Positions 1 to 9,335 of a DNA stretch of 64,000 bases are shown piece after piece. Source of the DNA: Candidatus Woesearchaeota archaeon (GTDB taxonomy: Archaea > Nanobdellota > Nanobdellia > Pacearchaeales > GW2011-AR1); the NCBI GenBank assembly GCA_964482075.1, contig CAYZVU010000001.1, positions 343-64,342 on the forward strand. Direction: 5' to 3'. The translations under genes and the position numbers were made by a program. Positions within the stretch are counted from its first letter, which is position 1. Every line of letters starts with the position of its first letter. The notes beneath the pieces are model-generated. The model was not told the origin of the DNA. It made no database searches and worked only from the letters and a program-made list of their open reading frames with translations.

Positions 1-43
1 TATAATTAAGTGATAATTTGTGTTTATAAAATATTCGGTTTGA

Positions 44-220
44 TTAAAAAATGGTTTTCATGATTATTGAAACTATGAATCCAAGTAGCCCGAGAATTAC
101 AATTCCGATTGCTGAAACTTTTGAAACTTGTTCAAATTCCATTCGAGATGGCTTTTTTAGAACGTGCCAAACTCTTTTACATTTTACTAAAAATGATTTT
201 GTTGAAGTCCATAATTCCAT
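44..220 (-). CDS. secE: Protein translocase SecE/Sec61-gamma (58 aa, not in ORF track)
   Basis: Manual translation MELWTSTKSFLVKCKRVWHVLKKPSRMEFEQVSKVSAIGIVILGLLGFIVSIIMKTIF; KKPxxxEF motif plus one TM helix; downstream of ftsZ as is usual in archaea. Confidence 0.93.
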   Translation of the reverse strand: MELWTSTKSFLVKCKRVWHVLKKPSRMEFEQVSKVSAIGIVILGLLGFIVSIIMKTIF

Positions 221-251
221 AGAATAAAGTGGGTTGTAGGGTTTTTAAGTT

Positions 252-1355
252 TTATTCATAAAACTCGATTCCTAATTCGTCTTCAATTTCTTGATGTTTT
301 AGGCTTTCTATTGAATGTGAATCTCCAAGGATTTGTGTGCTCTTTACCCCAGTAACAATTAATAAAACTCTTATTGATTTTTCCATGTCTGGAGAAATCT
401 TTGCTCCCCAAATTAACTTTGCATCTGGGGCCAATTTATTTCCAATTTCCTCGATAATTATTTTACATTCATCTAAGCTCATGTCCGGTCCTCCGATTAT
501 ATTTACTAATGCTCCCTTTGCTCCAGAAATATCGACATCTAATAGTGGATTGTCTAGTGCTTTTTCTACAGCGTCTTGGGATCTTTTTTCTGTGTCTGAT
601 TCTCCGAGCCCAATTAATGAAACGCCCCCGTTTACCATAACTGCTTTAATATCTGCGAAGTCTAGATTTACTAAGCCAGAAGTTGTTACAAGTTCTGTTG
701 TTCCTTTGACTGCGTTTGTTAAAATTTCGTCTGCGATTTTGAATGCTGTGTGTAAAGGTAAATCTGGGGCCAAATCTAAAAGTTTATCGTTGGGGATTAC
801 AATTAATGTATCTACATTTGCTTCCATTTTTTCTAATCCAAGTGTTGCGTTTTCGATTCTTTTTTGACCTTCAATGGTAAATGGTAATGTTACAACGCCT
901 ATTGTTAATGCTCCTTGCTTTTTTGCTAAGCCTGCAACAACTGGTGCAGCGCCTGTTCCTGTTCCTCCTCCAAGCCCGCAAGTTATGAAAACCATATCTG
1001 CGCCTGCTAATTTTTTCTTTATTTCAGTCATAGATTCTTTTGCAGCTTCTTCTCCCACTCTTGGATTACTTCCTGCCCCCAATCCTTGAGTTATTTCTCT
1101 ACCAATTAGAATTTTTTGGTCTGCATTAGTATATAATAAATCTTGAGCGTCGGTATTCATTGCGATTAATTCTCCGCCTTTTATTCCAATTTCCCTCATT
1201 CTTGATAAAGAATTATTCCCTCCACCACCAATTCCCACAACCTTTATTTTTGCAGATTGCTTTTGTAATAATGCCTCCAATTCTCTATCTATATCTTTTA
1301 CTTCTTGGGAAACATTAGAAAAATTTTCCTCGTTTTTATTAAACATATCATCCAT
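252..1355 (-). CDS. ftsZ: Cell division protein FtsZ
   Basis: [15 protein letters not shown] tubulin signature and NLDFAD motifs. Confidence 0.98.
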   Translation of the reverse strand: MDDMFNKNEENFSNVSQEVKDIDRELEALLQKQSAKIKVVGIGGGGNNSLSRMREIGIKGGELIAMNTDAQDLLYTNADQKILIGREITQGLGAGSNPRVGEEAAKESMTEIKKKLAGADMVFITCGLGGGTGTGAAPVVAGLAKKQGALTIGVVTLPFTIEGQKRIENATLGLEKMEANVDTLIVIPNDKLLDLAPDLPLHTAFKIADEILTNAVKGTTELVTTSGLVNLDFADIKAVMVNGGVSLIGLGESDTEKRSQDAVEKALDNPLLDVDISGAKGALVNIIGGPDMSLDECKIIIEEIGNKLAPDAKLIWGAKISPDMEKSIRVLLIVTGVKSTQILGDSHSIESLKHQEIEDELGIEFYE

Positions 1356-1386
1356 ATTTTATTTAAGTGGGATTGGTTTTTAAGGA

Positions 1387-2040
1387 TTATTGCGATTCTT
1401 TAGTATCTTTCTTCTCAGATTCCTGCAAGTCTAAGTCTAAATCTAAAATTTCTTTAAATTTATCTTTGAATAATTCGAGGAATTTTTTTATTTGCTCTTC
1501 TGTTTTTATTATTAATTTCTTTTCTTTTATTTCGAATGGTAGGTCTTGCCTTGTGAAGAATTCAATTAGGGATTTTGCTTTTTCATTTAAATCTTCTATT
1601 TTTCTTTTTATATCTACCTCATAAACCACATCTCTTCCTGCGAGAGAATTATTAAAATCCACCCTTACTCTTCCTCCTGAAACAGAAAGTATTTTTCCCA
1701 TTTTTCCGTCGAAATTTAAGGTTACCCCTTGAACTGGATTTAAATTATGTTTTCTGAAGAGAATCATTGGCATTAATTTTATCATTGATGGATCTCTTGG
1801 GCCAAATGCTTTTTTTGCTTCAAGTTCGATTGTATGCTTACCAATTTCTTTTCCAATTAAAAAATCATCAATTCCTTTTAGAAACATATCTTCCCCAAGT
1901 GCGAAAACAAATGGCTTTACAGGTTGTTTTGAATTTATTTTATCTAATTCTTGTTTAATATTTGAATCAAAAACTTCTCCTGTTTCTTTTATTTTTCCAG
2001 TAAATTCTATTTCTAGGAAATCTTTTTTTTGTAATGTCAT
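1387..2040 (-). CDS. slyD: FKBP-type peptidyl-prolyl isomerase (SlyD-like, long archaeal form)
   Basis: IEFTGK..GEVFDS, AFGPRD and VDFNNSLAG motifs. Confidence 0.9.
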   Translation of the reverse strand: MTLQKKDFLEIEFTGKIKETGEVFDSNIKQELDKINSKQPVKPFVFALGEDMFLKGIDDFLIGKEIGKHTIELEAKKAFGPRDPSMIKLMPMILFRKHNLNPVQGVTLNFDGKMGKILSVSGGRVRVDFNNSLAGRDVVYEVDIKRKIEDLNEKAKSLIEFFTRQDLPFEIKEKKLIIKTEEQIKKFLELFKDKFKEILDLDLDLQESEKKDTKESQ

Positions 2041-2090
2041 GTAGTTTTGTCAGTAAAAATATTTATAAAGATATCTTTTTTGATTAAATC

Positions 2091-2483
2091 ATGGTTTTAA
2101 AAATAATTAATGCTACAGAGGCGAAAGCAGGTGCTAATATTATTCTTGATGGAGTTTCTTGCGTTGTGAAAAAAATGGATGTTTCTAAGACTGGAAAGCA
2201 CGGGCATGCAAAATGTAGGGTTGAAGCTGTGCCTCTTTTAGGAGGAAATAAAAAAGTTTTAGTTGTCCCAGGCCACGAGAGATTTGAAGTGCCATTAGTT
2301 GAAAAAAGAAAGGCGCAGGTTTTATCTAAAGGGGATGGAAAAGTCAGTGTGATGGATTTAGAATCTTTTGAAACATTGGAAATTAATTGTTCAGATGATG
2401 ATCTTTTTGGGGAATTAGAAGAAAGTGGGAATTGTGAATATTGGGATATAGAAGGGGCAAAAATGATAAAGAGAAAATTGTGA
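2091..2483 (+). CDS. eif5a: Translation factor aIF-5A
   Basis: Hypusine-site motif SKTGKHGHAK. Confidence 0.97.
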   Translation: MVLKIINATEAKAGANIILDGVSCVVKKMDVSKTGKHGHAKCRVEAVPLLGGNKKVLVVPGHERFEVPLVEKRKAQVLSKGDGKVSVMDLESFETLEINCSDDDLFGELEESGNCEYWDIEGAKMIKRKL

Positions 2484-2553
2484 TTTTTACCTCATTCGTC
2501 CGCCCTAGCGATGTCAAACGAAAGGCGCAAAAATGATAAAGCGAAAATTATAG
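2451..2553 (+). repeat. Imperfect 33-bp direct repeat of the aIF-5A 3' end (2451-2483 and 2521-2553)
   Basis: GAAGGGGCAAAAATGATAAAGAGAAAATTGTGA vs AAAGGCGCAAAAATGATAAAGCGAAAATTATAG; both encode xGAKMIKRKL-stop. Confidence 0.85.
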
Positions 2554-2592
2554 AACACAAACCTTAAAAAACAAGATTTCTGTTAATTAACT

Positions 2593-2757
2593 ATGGCAAA
2601 GAAAATACCTGAAGCTCAAAATAGATTATTTAAGAATATGTTCGTATGTAAAAATTGTCAGTCTAAAATGAAATCAAAGCCTCTTAAAATTCTTGAAGGA
2701 AAAGTTAAATGCAGAAAGTGCGGGAAAAAAGCTTTTAGACCCTTAAAGAAAAAATAG
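2593..2757 (+). CDS. rpl40e: 50S ribosomal protein L40e (54 aa, not in ORF track)
   Basis: Manual translation MAKKIPEAQNRLFKNMFVCKNCQSKMKSKPLKILEGKVKCRKCGKKAFRPLKKK; CxxC..CRKCG..RP pattern. Confidence 0.88.
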   Translation: MAKKIPEAQNRLFKNMFVCKNCQSKMKSKPLKILEGKVKCRKCGKKAFRPLKKK

Positions 2758-2764
2758 GTGTAAA

Positions 2765-4207
2765 ATGAATTTTATAATTTATGATTTGACGTTCTTAGTT
2801 TTATTTGCAATATTAGTTGGACTTTTCCTTTATATTAATAAGAAAAATATCCGAAAAGAAGGATTATTATTATTGTATAAAGCTCGATGGGGAATGAAAT
2901 TAATTGATTATGTTGGAGGGAAATATAAGAAAAGTTTGAAATTCTTGAGTTATATTTCAATTGGACTCGGCTATGTTTTAATGGCTGCAATGATTTATTT
3001 ATTTGGAAAGATAATTTATATTTATATTTTAATGCCGTCGGTGGTTAAGGCGATTAAGATTCCTCCTATTATGCCCTTAATCCCCTATATTGATAAGGTT
3101 GTTCCCAATTTAGGATTGCCTCCTTTTTATTTTACATATTGGATTTTAATTTTAGCGATAGTTGCGATACCTCACGAATTCTTCCATGGAATATTTATGA
3201 AAAGATATGGGGTTAAGGTTAAAGCTACAGGTTTTGGATTTTTTCCATTTTTCTTGCCAATATTTTTAGCAGCATTTGTTGAACAAGATGAGAAGAGTTT
3301 TGAAAAAGCTAGTAATTTTAAACAAATGGCTATTCTATCTGCGGGGACTTTTGCAAATATCTTAACTGCAATTTTCTTTTTCATAATTATGTTTTTGTTT
3401 TTTTCTGCAGCATTTGTTCCGGCAGGGATTACTTTTGATAATTATGCATATACTGGAATTGCTGTTGCAGGAATTAGTATGGTGAACGATGTTAGCTTGG
3501 AGAATCCTTCTTATCAAAATGTTTCAGATTTAATTGAAGAAGATAAACTTAATGAGCTTTTTGTTGGTGAAGAGAAATATTTTTTGACTAAATCTTTAAT
3601 TGAGAATCAAGAAGAAGGGGATTTGCTTTTTGTGTATGATAATGCTCCTGCAATTAAAAATGGGCTTAAGGGTGCAATAATTTATATTGAGCATGGAGAA
3701 GATAATATTATTGTTAATAATTTAGAAGACCTTTCATTATTTATGGTGGACTTATCTCCAGGGGATGCTGTTAATATTACAGTTGGCTTAGAAGAAGGTG
3801 CTCGAGCAAGTTATTATAATATTGAACTTGAAGAAAATCCTGTTAAAGAGGGGGCTGCTTGGTTAGGAATTGGCTTTGTGGATCAAACAAGGTCTGGGCT
3901 TATGGGGAGATTATATAATTTAATGTCGAGCTTTAAAGAACCGCATGTGAATTATGAACCAAAATATGATGGCTTTAGCGAGTTTATTTACAATTTATTA
4001 TGGTGGCTTGTTTTAATTTGTGTTAGTGTTGCCTTGGTTAATATGCTTCCTGTTGGAATCTTTGATGGAGGGAGATTTTTTTATTTGACTATTTTAAGTT
4101 TAACAAAAAGTGAAAGTGTTGCTAAAAAAAGTTTTAAATTTGTAACTTGGCTTTTCTTATTTTTATTGGCATTGTTGATGGTTTTTTGGGCTATTAATTT
4201 TTTCTAA
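2765..4207 (+). CDS. Site-2 (M50) membrane metalloprotease with central extramembrane (PDZ-like) region
   Basis: HEFFH, SAG..AN and NMLPVGIFDGG motifs; multiple TM helices. Confidence 0.92.
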   Translation: MNFIIYDLTFLVLFAILVGLFLYINKKNIRKEGLLLLYKARWGMKLIDYVGGKYKKSLKFLSYISIGLGYVLMAAMIYLFGKIIYIYILMPSVVKAIKIPPIMPLIPYIDKVVPNLGLPPFYFTYWILILAIVAIPHEFFHGIFMKRYGVKVKATGFGFFPFFLPIFLAAFVEQDEKSFEKASNFKQMAILSAGTFANILTAIFFFIIMFLFFSAAFVPAGITFDNYAYTGIAVAGISMVNDVSLENPSYQNVSDLIEEDKLNELFVGEEKYFLTKSLIENQEEGDLLFVYDNAPAIKNGLKGAIIYIEHGEDNIIVNNLEDLSLFMVDLSPGDAVNITVGLEEGARASYYNIELEENPVKEGAAWLGIGFVDQTRSGLMGRLYNLMSSFKEPHVNYEPKYDGFSEFIYNLLWWLVLICVSVALVNMLPVGIFDGGRFFYLTILSLTKSESVAKKSFKFVTWLFLFLLALLMVFWAINFF

Positions 4208-4239
4208 AACTTTAAAACCAACTTATTTCTTAGAATGTT

Positions 4240-5220
4240 ATGATCCCAGATAAAGTTAAGAAAATTTTAAAAAAACAACATTATGAAATTGTTGGGAAGC
4301 ATTCTGCCGTGCAAATTTGTCGTTGGACAAAGCGAAGTTTAAGAGATGAAGGAGTTTGTTATAAGGAACAATTTTATGGAATTAAAAGTCATCTTTGTTG
4401 TCAAATGACTCCTGCTGTTATGTGGTGTGATAACAAATGTTTGCATTGTTGGAGAGCAATTGAATTAACTCTTGGAAATAAAATTGGAGGGAATGTTGAT
4501 TCACCTTCTGAAATTATTGATGGATGTATTGAAGCGCAGAAAAAATTATTACAGGGATTTAAGATTGACCCAAAAAGTAAAAAAGAGCAGATGAGCAAAG
4601 CAAACCAAGAAAAATATTCTGAAGCGCAAGAACCAATGCAATTTGCAATTAGCTTAAGTGGTGAGCCAACTATTTATCAAAATATTGGAGGATTGATTGC
4701 TGAACTTAGGAAGAGGGGAAAGACTTCTTTTTTAGTTACAAATGGCTTGCATCCTGAGAAACTTAAAGAATTAGTTTCGGAAAATAATTTGCCTACACAA
4801 TTATATATTTCTGTAAATACTTCAAATGAAAAATTGTTTCAAAAATTTCATAGAAGCTCTATGAAAAATGCTTGGGAAAAATTAAATGAAAGTTTGGAAT
4901 TAATGGGAGATTTATCATGCCGTACTATATTCAGAATGAATCTTGTTAAAGATTTGAATATGAATGACGAATATGTTAAAGAATATGCTGAGTTAATTAA
5001 GAAAGCTAAACCTATGTTTGTTGAAATTAAAGGATTTATGAGTGTTGGCTTTGCAAGAGAAAGGTTGGGTTATGATAGGATGCCAGATTATGAAGAAATG
5101 GGGGAATTTGTTAAAAAGTTAAGTTTAGCGACGGGCTTGAAGATTTTAGATGTTCATGAAAGAAGTAGGGCGTGGGTTTTGGGTGAAGATAAAGAGAAGT
5201 TGAAGATTAAGGAGATTTAG
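4240..5220 (+). CDS. taw1: 4-demethylwyosine synthase (radical SAM, TYW1/Taw1)
   Basis: HSAVQICRWT, CYKEQFYGI, CDNKCLHCWR, SLSGEPT, FLVTNG. Confidence 0.95.
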   Translation: MIPDKVKKILKKQHYEIVGKHSAVQICRWTKRSLRDEGVCYKEQFYGIKSHLCCQMTPAVMWCDNKCLHCWRAIELTLGNKIGGNVDSPSEIIDGCIEAQKKLLQGFKIDPKSKKEQMSKANQEKYSEAQEPMQFAISLSGEPTIYQNIGGLIAELRKRGKTSFLVTNGLHPEKLKELVSENNLPTQLYISVNTSNEKLFQKFHRSSMKNAWEKLNESLELMGDLSCRTIFRMNLVKDLNMNDEYVKEYAELIKKAKPMFVEIKGFMSVGFARERLGYDRMPDYEEMGEFVKKLSLATGLKILDVHERSRAWVLGEDKEKLKIKEI

Positions 5221-5464
5221 AAATTCTCGAACGATATATAACTATTGCTGCATAATGTAATGCCATCCTTAAAAGATCAGAATTTTGTATTGGACTCTCT
5301 TTTTTTCTTTCTTGAATATTCCCTAAATAATTTCTTATCATATCTCGTGTTAAAATATCCCCTGAACGGAATCCAACTCTATCTTTAGATTCACCAGATT
5401 TATCTCCTGGAAAAAATTCCAGCCCCTTATCTTCAAAATATCTAATTTCTTCATCTAATTTCAT
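5207..5464 (-). CDS. Hypothetical protein
   Basis: 85-aa ATG ORF with upstream TTTATA box; no recognised motif. Confidence 0.55.
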   Translation of the reverse strand: MKLDEEIRYFEDKGLEFFPGDKSGESKDRVGFRSGDILTRDMIRNYLGNIQERKKESPIQNSDLLRMALHYAAIVIYRSRISKSP

Positions 5465-5501
5465 AAAATCTTATCTAAAAAATCTTTTATAAAACTATCA
5501 T

Positions 5502-5852
5502 CTACAAATCAATAACGCCTTCTTTAGTTAAAGCTGCGAATCGAATTCCAACAGGCAAATTGATTAATGCGGAAATTAAGGCCATATGTTCTTTCCCGTC
5601 GCCAGATGCCAAGCTTAATGCAACCTCAAGGCCTTCAAATTTGTTTTTGAGTTTTTGCGAAAACTCCTCTCTTAGATCTTTAATTCTTTTGGATAAATCA
5701 ATTTTGATAAATTCAAATCTCTTTTCGTGTGCAAAATCTTTTGCAGAGTCGTCTCCAATAATAATGATTTTTTCCCAATCCCCAAATTTCATTAATCCTG
5801 AGACTTGCGCCCATGCTTGTTGATCTGATGAGAGTAATGCTACGAGTTCCAT
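5502..5852 (-). CDS. Hypothetical protein, possible stand-alone CARF-like Rossmann fold
   Basis: Alternating beta/alpha pattern; VALSLASGDGKEHMALISAL resembles the CARF (D/N)x(S/T)GGxK strand-loop-helix. Confidence 0.5.
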   Translation of the reverse strand: MELVALLSSDQQAWAQVSGLMKFGDWEKIIIIGDDSAKDFAHEKRFEFIKIDLSKRIKDLREEFSQKLKNKFEGLEVALSLASGDGKEHMALISALINLPVGIRFAALTKEGVIDL

Positions 5853-5950
5853 AATGAAATGAATAGGAGTATATTTTTAAGAATATCTATGATTTAGGGA
5901 TATAGTAAGTTTTATAAAACAAAATCCTCTCCAATCTTTAACCGATTGTA

Positions 5951-6000
5951 CCATATCGTTGCGAGATAGCATCTAGGCTTGCGGCGCGTTATATGGGAGG
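5951..6000 (+). promoter_or_regulatory. Structured 5' leader of the L1-P0-P1 operon
   Basis: CCATAT(5951-56)/ATATGG(5991-96) outer stem; CGTTGCGAG/CTTGCGGCG inner stem with G-U pairs; abuts the GGGAGG ribosome-binding site. Confidence 0.6.
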
Positions 6001-6011
6001 CTTAAAACAAA

Positions 6012-6647
6012 ATGACAGAAATAAAAGACGAACTAAAGAATGCTCTTGCTGAACTTCGACAAGGTAAAGAAAGAAAGTTTGACCAGTCAGTAGACTTAAT
6101 TGTGAATCTTCAAAAGTTCGAGGTTAAAAAACATAATATTAATCTTTTTGTAAGTATCCCACATAAAATTAAAGAAAAAAGAATTGCAGGATTTTTTGAA
6201 ACTCAAAATAAAAATATTGACACAATTACTAAAGACGAATTTAAAAAATATGGAACAGATAAAAAACTTGTTAAAAATTTAGTTAAAAAATATGATTTTT
6301 TTATGGCGCAAGGTTCTCTTATGCCAAAAGTCGCCTCCACATTTGGACGTGTTTTAGGTCCTGCTGGGAAAATGCCTTCTCCTCAACTTGGAATTATTCT
6401 TGATGCCGACGATAAAACTATCGATGAATTGAAAAAGAGAATTAATACAAGTGTTAAGATTAAAATTAAAGAACCTAGCATTAAACTTATTGTTGGGAAA
6501 CAATCGATGAAAGATGAAGAAATTATTGAAAATGTTCTTTCAATTTATAATACAATTATTGCAGAAATGCCAAGAGATAAAGAAAATATAAAAAATGTTG
6601 AATTAAAATTCACTATGAATAAACCTGTTAAGATAAATATAAGATGA
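6012..6647 (+). CDS. rpl1: 50S ribosomal protein L1
   Basis: RKFDQSVDLIVNL, FGRVLGPAGKMP, KFTM. Confidence 0.96.
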   Translation: MTEIKDELKNALAELRQGKERKFDQSVDLIVNLQKFEVKKHNINLFVSIPHKIKEKRIAGFFETQNKNIDTITKDEFKKYGTDKKLVKNLVKKYDFFMAQGSLMPKVASTFGRVLGPAGKMPSPQLGIILDADDKTIDELKKRINTSVKIKIKEPSIKLIVGKQSMKDEEIIENVLSIYNTIIAEMPRDKENIKNVELKFTMNKPVKINIR

Positions 6648-7531
6648 AAACTAAATCTGGAAACACTGTACCAAAGGGGAAAATTAAGTTAGTTGAAACT
6701 TTAAAAGATTTAATTAAAACTAAACAAACAATTTTAATTGCTTCAATTAAAAGCTTACCCTCTTCACAATTTCAAGAAATTTGTAAGAAATTGAGAGCGT
6801 CTGCAATTGTTAAATTCCCAAAAAAGAATTTAATTTTTAGGGCAATCGATGAATCTAATGATAAAAATCTTCAAGAATTAAAAACTCAAATTACAGATAG
6901 TATGGCCTTGTTGTTTTCAGATGTTGAAAGCTATGAACTTGCTGGAGAATTAATTCGTAATAAAAGTGCTGCAAAAGCTAAACCAGGGCAAGAAGCTCCG
7001 TTTGATATTATTATTTCTGCTGGAATGACTGAATTGGTTCCTGGGCCTGCAATTTCAGAATTAGGTGCTGTTGGGATTACTACAAAAGTTACAAAGGGCA
7101 AGCTTGAAATTATTAAAGATAAAGTTCTTGTTCAAGAAGGGAAAAAAATTTCTCAAAATGCGGCAGATGTTATGGCAAAGTTAGATATTAAGCCGTTTTC
7201 TATTGGGTTTATTCCTGTTTGCTCTTTTGATGTTAAGGAAGGGAAATTGTATTGTGATATTAAAATTGATAAAGCTGAGACTATTGAAAAATTGAAGAAT
7301 GCTCATGGGAAGGCGTTGCCGTTTGCAGTGAATTTGGGTTATGCTTCAAAAGATACAATTAAACATTTGCTTGGAAAAGCTCATGCTCATGGAACTAAAA
7401 TTAATAGAATAATGACTGGAGAACCAGAGCCTGTTGCTGTGGCTCCTGTTGTAGAAGAAAAAGTAGAAGAGAAGCCGAAAGAAGAGAAAAAAGAAGCGGC
7501 TGCTGAAGGACTGGGGGCCTTGTTCGGGTAA
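6644..7531 (+). CDS. rplP0: Acidic ribosomal protein P0 (L10)
   Basis: AKPGQEAP, PGPAISELG and C-terminal AAEGLGALFG. Confidence 0.96.
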   Translation: MKTKSGNTVPKGKIKLVETLKDLIKTKQTILIASIKSLPSSQFQEICKKLRASAIVKFPKKNLIFRAIDESNDKNLQELKTQITDSMALLFSDVESYELAGELIRNKSAAKAKPGQEAPFDIIISAGMTELVPGPAISELGAVGITTKVTKGKLEIIKDKVLVQEGKKISQNAADVMAKLDIKPFSIGFIPVCSFDVKEGKLYCDIKIDKAETIEKLKNAHGKALPFAVNLGYASKDTIKHLLGKAHAHGTKINRIMTGEPEPVAVAPVVEEKVEEKPKEEKKEAAAEGLGALFG

Positions 7532-7578
7532 AATGAACAATCACATTCAACAACTAAATGTTGAGGGAAACAAATAAA

Positions 7579-7866
7579 ATGGAAAACGTATATGCATCAC
7601 TTCTGCTTCACAAAGCAGGAAAAGAAGTGAATGAAGAAAACATCAAAAGTGTTGTTGCGGCTGCTGGCGCAGAGGCTGATGAATCAAAAATCAAGTCTCT
7701 TATTGCCAGTTTGAAAGGTGTAGATATAGCTAAAGAGCTTGAATCTGCAAGTTTGGTTTCTGCTGCTCCTGTTGGAGAAGCACCTAAGAAGGAAGAAAAA
7801 GAAGAAAAACCAAAAGAAGAAAAGAAAGAAGCTGCAGCAGAAGGCCTTGGTGCACTTTTCGGTTAA
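7579..7866 (+). CDS. rpl12: 50S ribosomal protein L12/P1 (start moved to MENVYA)
   Basis: YASLLLHKAGKEVNEE; C-terminal GLGALFG shared with P0. Confidence 0.95.
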   Translation: MENVYASLLLHKAGKEVNEENIKSVVAAAGAEADESKIKSLIASLKGVDIAKELESASLVSAAPVGEAPKKEEKEEKPKEEKKEAAAEGLGALFG

Positions 7867-7987
7867 TTATTATAATCCGTGTGCCAAGCCTACACTTCTA
7901 GTTCTAACTGGGGTATAATAGAATTTAAAAAAGTCAGAATTATTAATTAGTTATGGAGAAATTATTTTTGATACGGAATTTATTAAA

Positions 7988-8293
7988 ATGACTGAGAAAA
8001 TATATTTTATCTATAAATTTAGAAATAATCCTAGTCCCAATGAAACATATAAAAAATTTGAAGAAACATTTGGGAAAGGATATATCTTTGATAAAGAACA
8101 TCCAAATGCAAGTGATGGAACTAGAGAAGAAATAAGAAGATTATTCACTAAAGATATGAATGAAGGTCATTTTGACTTAGTTATTGTAGATATTTCTTAT
8201 GGGAAAGGGAGATTTATGGAAGAAGAACTTGCTTTAGCCAATAAACTAAAAATTCCCATTAAAGAAATTAATTTAAATGAAAATTCTATGTAA
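7988..8293 (+). CDS. Hypothetical protein, nucleoside 2-deoxyribosyltransferase-like fold
   Basis: KIYF...DLVIVDISYG...EELALANKLKIPI resembles the NDT/DNPH1 superfamily pattern. Confidence 0.45.
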   Translation: MTEKIYFIYKFRNNPSPNETYKKFEETFGKGYIFDKEHPNASDGTREEIRRLFTKDMNEGHFDLVIVDISYGKGRFMEEELALANKLKIPIKEINLNENSM

Positions 8294-8387
8294 AAAGCGA
8301 TACTAAACAATAAGCTTTATATAGGCATTTTTTCTCAGTATCATATTCCAGGGTGAACAAAATGTTAATCTTCGCTAGATTAAAAAT

Positions 8388-9335
8388 ATGCCAACAAAAA
8401 GATCACCAAGAAAAGGAAGTTTGCAATTCTGGCCTCGAAAAAGGGCTAGAAAGTTTTTGCCTAGTGTGAACTGGGATGCTATTGATTCTACAAAATCATT
8501 GAAAGGGTTTATTTGTTATAAGGCTGGAATGGCTTCTGCATATGTTAAAGATAACACTCCTGATTCTATGACAAAGGGAAAAAATATTGCTGTGCCGTGT
8601 ACAATTCTTGAATGCCCTCCAATGAAGATTTTTTCAATAAGATTCTACAAATATGGGAAAGTTGCAAAAGATGTTTTATCTGAAAATTTAGATAAGGAAT
8701 TAAGAAGAAAAGTAAAATTACCTAAAAATAAAACAAGCAAATTAGATTCTGTTAAAATGGAAGATTATGACGATGTTCGATTAATTGTTTATTCTATTGT
8801 TAAAAAAACTGGGTTAAAGAAAAAGCCAGACTTAGTGGAAGTTGGATTAACTGGCAAGTCTCTTGAAGAAAAAATGATTTTTGTTAAGGAAAATTTAAAC
8901 AAAGAAATTTCTGCCCTTGATATTTTTGAGCATGGAGAGTTAGTTGACCTTAGAGGATTAACAAAAGGGAAGGGGCTTTCAGGTCCTGTGAAGAGATTTG
9001 GGATTCAACTTAAAGTTACAAAGTCAGAAAAAGGAAGAAGAAGACCAGGTAATGTTGGGCCTTGGCATCCGGCAAGAGTAATCTTTAGAGTTCCTATGGC
9101 TGGACAATTAGGAATGTTCACAAGAGTAATTTATAATAATAAAATAATTGATTTAGGAAAAGCTTCTGAGAAACCAATTAAGAATATAAAAAATTATGGG
9201 GATGTTAAAACAGATTATATTGTTGTTAAGGGTTCTATCCAAGGTTCTGCAAAAAGACAACTTATTTTAACTCGTGCGCTTAGAGAAACTAAAAGAACTA
9301 AAAAAGTAAATTATGAGGTTGTTGAATTACGATGA
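8388..9335 (+). CDS. rpl3: 50S ribosomal protein L3
   Basis: PRKGSLQFWPRKRA, YKAGM, TKGKG..GPVKRFG. Confidence 0.97.
   Translation: MPTKRSPRKGSLQFWPRKRARKFLPSVNWDAIDSTKSLKGFICYKAGMASAYVKDNTPDSMTKGKNIAVPCTILECPPMKIFSIRFYKYGKVAKDVLSENLDKELRRKVKLPKNKTSKLDSVKMEDYDDVRLIVYSIVKKTGLKKKPDLVEVGLTGKSLEEKMIFVKENLNKEISALDIFEHGELVDLRGLTKGKGLSGPVKRFGIQLKVTKSEKGRRRPGNVGPWHPARVIFRVPMAGQLGMFTRVIYNNKIIDLGKASEKPIKNIKNYGDVKTDYIVVKGSIQGSAKRQLILTRALRETKRTKKVNYEVVELR

Noticed and set aside
337..1958. Antisense and alternate-frame ORFs over ftsZ/slyD (and similar ones throughout, e.g. 33901..34236, 55592..55963, 63593..63877)
   Set aside because: Shadows of well-supported genes on the other strand or frame, with no motifs.
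7455..7866. Repeated EEKPKEEKKEAAAEGLGALFG in P0 and P1
   Set aside because: Known shared C-terminus of archaeal stalk proteins; the DNA differs at synonymous sites.
7875..7920. tRNA-like fragment (GTGCCAAGCCT) after rpl12
   Set aside because: No cloverleaf or T-loop; at most a weak hairpin. I found no tRNA gene in the window.
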